A stretch of DNA of 33,489 nucleotides, from positions 1-33,489 of IMG/VR virus record IMGVR_UViG_3300037313_000454. One strand, written 5' to 3'. How positions within the stretch are numbered: position 1 is the first letter of the stretch; each line of letters starts with the position of its first letter. The DNA is from a virus (taxonomy: Duplodnaviria > Heunggongvirae > Uroviricota > Caudoviricetes). The position numbers and the translations under genes are program-made. The notes beneath the pieces were generated by a model. It ran no database searches. It was not told the DNA's origin and saw only the letters and a list, made by a program, of their open reading frames with translations. Shown here piece after piece: positions 32,001-33,489 of the stretch.

Positions 32001-33489
32001 CCAACAGTACCTTACCAAATACATCACCTATACTAAACAGATTCTTACTGAGCAGGACAAAGAGCTTCTTAACGCTAAGAAAATAGCAGAGCAGAAGAAA
32101 GTCCTAGACAGTCAAAATAAGATTACCGACTTGCAAAAGCAAGCCGATAATACTGGAATTTTGTCACGCCGTAAGGATTTGGAAGCTGAGATTGCTAGAC
32201 TTCGTGCCCAACAAGCTAAGTCACTGGTTACCATAGCACAGGCTGAGTACGACATTGCTGCTGCCCGTAAAGCTGACCAGCAGGTTCTAGATGATTTGTT
32301 TAACAAAATCATCGAAGCCAAGAATGCTGTAAAGGAAGCGGAGAACGCTGCCGATAATGCGGATAAGCGTACAAAGACTGGTGATGCTGGTGGTACAGAT
32401 GTACTACAGGGCATTCTCGGTGTAAGCCTTGATGATTTTGCTCATGCTTTTGATAGTGCAAGTGAAGGTATAACAGCTTTCGCTAAAGCTATCACTGGTG
32501 CTATCAATCTTATTCAAGGTGTGATGAACGCATGGTCACAAGGCAGTGCGTCTGGTGGCACACTGGGTGGTATCGGTGGTGTCGCAAGTATGATTGGTGG
32601 TATGCTTCCCGGCCCGGTTGGAGCAGTGGTAGGAGCAGTAGGCTCTGTATTTAGCTTCGTTGGTGGCCTCCTCACAGCCGCAGCCCGTAGGCTGGCTGAG
32701 AAGATGAAGAAGGAATTCGATGCCATCGTCAAGAGCTATAACAATGGCTCTATTACACTGATGGAAGCGATTAAGGAAACTGAGGCTAAACGCCAACAGG
32801 CCATTAATGAGCTATCAGGTAAGAAAGGTGGTAAGGATGAGCTTAAGAAACTCTTACCGCAATTCGACGATACTATTCAGTCACTTCAGGCTAAAGCCAA
32901 ACAGATAATCGAGCAGTTCGAGCAGTCGTTGCAGGTTCTTAGATTGAACTCTGAACCGATGGAGCAGCTACTTAATACGTGGCGGCAAATCAACGACCAA
33001 GTCAAAGAATACATTGGTGCTGGCGGTGACGCCAATCAAGCCAATGAGTTTCTGTCTTTGAGTCTTAAGAAGTATCGTGACTCGTTGCTAGCGTCACTGT
33101 CTTCCGACGAACAGGATGCCATCCAAGATGCTATCCAACTCAATGACCTTCTCGACCAGCGCAACAAGCTGATTGACGACTTCAAGAAGAAAGAGTTCGA
33201 CCTGTTAACGGCGGATTCTCTTGAGCAACGTCAGGCTGGCTCGGTGGTTCGTGGCAGAGAATTGACTGCGGCTCGGGAAGAGTTCCAGAAGCAGTTAGAT
33301 GACCTTAACAACCAAATCAACCTGACAACTATTAAGGTTGAGAAGGAACGTGAGGTCTACAATCTTGCCACTGACATCAATGAGCTACACCGTCGGGACG
33401 AGGAACTTCAACTTGAAGCACTCGACCTGCAACTAGCTAAGGTACGAGATATCAAAGCTATCATCGAAGGTATCACCGAGAACGGTGGT
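29029..33489 (+). CDS. Tape measure protein (partial, at least 1487 codons)
   Basis: AAGGA RBS and ATG at 29029; frame open to the window end in spot checks (absent from the ORF track because no stop is reached); helical Ala/Glu/Gln-rich with a Gly-rich hydrophobic stretch at ~32520-32690. Confidence 0.9.
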   Translation, partial: MPVEDNGSQFREMLEVGVDVSVFNEGLRQLETAYTDFLNRIKAKGGSGSDIIAAGQVGALNAQLGQLVQTIGEVQKNLGATLKDITGGVVSTLESFERTIEEKFTVSSKARIKQAELEADDRIAQIKKVNRALAEANAEARAEQASFDGRKTPNAFPGAIPFNMPENGKVEPEAAKMAAMIEKQLNDQDKLAAAYTKSVEKKMEADARWITNYEKAHQQAIAQNEKFDAGVRESEQKQEELIAKWVNSYETAHNRALIENQKFNTKRAEQDEQYYARQLALVEREIFLADQAAATKTAAAEARARLQAKIDGDATTKQVAAAERVVQVANELERLRTAQYEAQVNIRLAIAAKESNEKIAMLRREEAMNGRFGSQTQRNLVQALTAEQKADLGLMERIMGRLTKDTPEFVASMFRLAATLQLAYTVIQAMTVAVMALPRAFQAGWEYLTKVEEQAQELQGSIAGTVKLSENLAENFNMSAKAAEAIVLKFQDIAAKDNLKPENLQAGFKAFMEGGGGATVKTLDEATRATELFALALKNSGVNAQTTRSLISEIPKLLNDSITPSSKLLEVLHLSKDEWSKIRAEALKHHNLVELLEPRMKAYTAVTAESNMTQKDMTETAGNMLSRVEGIVAKPMWDAFNATLKDALGWFKQHKNQVEAIAGSIGQFIKDFFDFVKMLAEASGATFLLEEGFKAIGFVLLLAMESVGLIIDGMRVLFNDIKSLIAFIANPKNWNSDGFNQFIADAQANSTKFFDNFEKRALRINQALTGEKFGGQDNTLNQPILDAQGPPDNTKNKGERRDLRAKLEKELDELKQQTQSVVQQQENLIATHKVTVRQGVDEIVQALTKEWLGVDALVKKYKDLANTIKDPNQRKAFVEQLENIQRDLHRQESKRINQGFTEADTADKAVVDEESKTRLAVLQQERQRERALIKQAVSEGRALRSEGLKAELEDLSDNIDDQNREFNRQLEGVAAGTEKYKQIMRQKELANQQYLTKYITYTKQILTEQDKELLNAKKIAEQKKVLDSQNKITDLQKQADNTGILSRRKDLEAEIARLRAQQAKSLVTIAQAEYDIAAARKADQQVLDDLFNKIIEAKNAVKEAENAADNADKRTKTGDAGGTDVLQGILGVSLDDFAHAFDSASEGITAFAKAITGAINLIQGVMNAWSQGSASGGTLGGIGGVASMIGGMLPGPVGAVVGAVGSVFSFVGGLLTAAARRLAEKMKKEFDAIVKSYNNGSITLMEAIKETEAKRQQAINELSGKKGGKDELKKLLPQFDDTIQSLQAKAKQIIEQFEQSLQVLRLNSEPMEQLLNTWRQINDQVKEYIGAGGDANQANEFLSLSLKKYRDSLLASLSSDEQDAIQDAIQLNDLLDQRNKLIDDFKKKEFDLLTADSLEQRQAGSVVRGRELTAAREEFQKQLDDLNNQINLTTIKVEKEREVYNLATDINELHRRDEELQLEALDLQLAKVRDIKAIIEGITENGG

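Noticed and set aside
29173-32796. Minus-strand ORFs within the tape measure region
   Set aside because: Antisense shadows of the single long plus-strand frame.
1-33489. Stop-codon reassignment suggested by the release-factor-like gene
   Set aside because: Core genes are full length under the standard code and TAA, TAG and TGA all occur as real stops.
1-33489. CRISPR array, integrase, intron or intein
   Set aside because: No regularly spaced nucleotide repeats, no recombinase motifs, and no interruptions or intein motifs noticed in PolA or TerL.

Overview
Partial genome of a long-tailed dsDNA phage (siphovirus-type), standard genetic code. Left arm (1-10.1 kb) is transcribed leftward from host sigma70-type promoters and carries many small Cys-rich proteins, a SAM methyltransferase, RNase H, two HTH proteins, dUTPase, a release-factor-like protein and a family A DNA polymerase. 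A divergent control region lies at about 10.1-10.35 kb. The right arm runs rightward: HTH, lectin-fold protein, Ig-like protein, holin candidate, TerS, TerL, a stand-alone JAB/MPN metalloprotease, fibre-like proteins, glycosyltransferase 1, portal, scaffold, major capsid, glycosyltransferase 2, neck/tail genes, a -1 frameshifted tail chaperone and a tape measure gene cut by the window edge. Most notable: (i) several promoter/terminator-bounded non-coding RNAs, two carrying anti-Shine-Dalgarno seeds complementary to the phage's own early-gene RBSs; (ii) three incomplete tRNA-like elements; (iii) two ppGalNAc-T-like glycosyltransferases embedded in the head module near a Ser/Thr-rich 20-aa-repeat fibre; (iv) a JAMM protease coupled to TerL; (v) a release-factor homologue with GGG in place of GGQ. 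All functions are inferred by eye from motifs and hand folding; no database search was run. No integrase, endolysin, helicase or CRISPR array is visible in this window.
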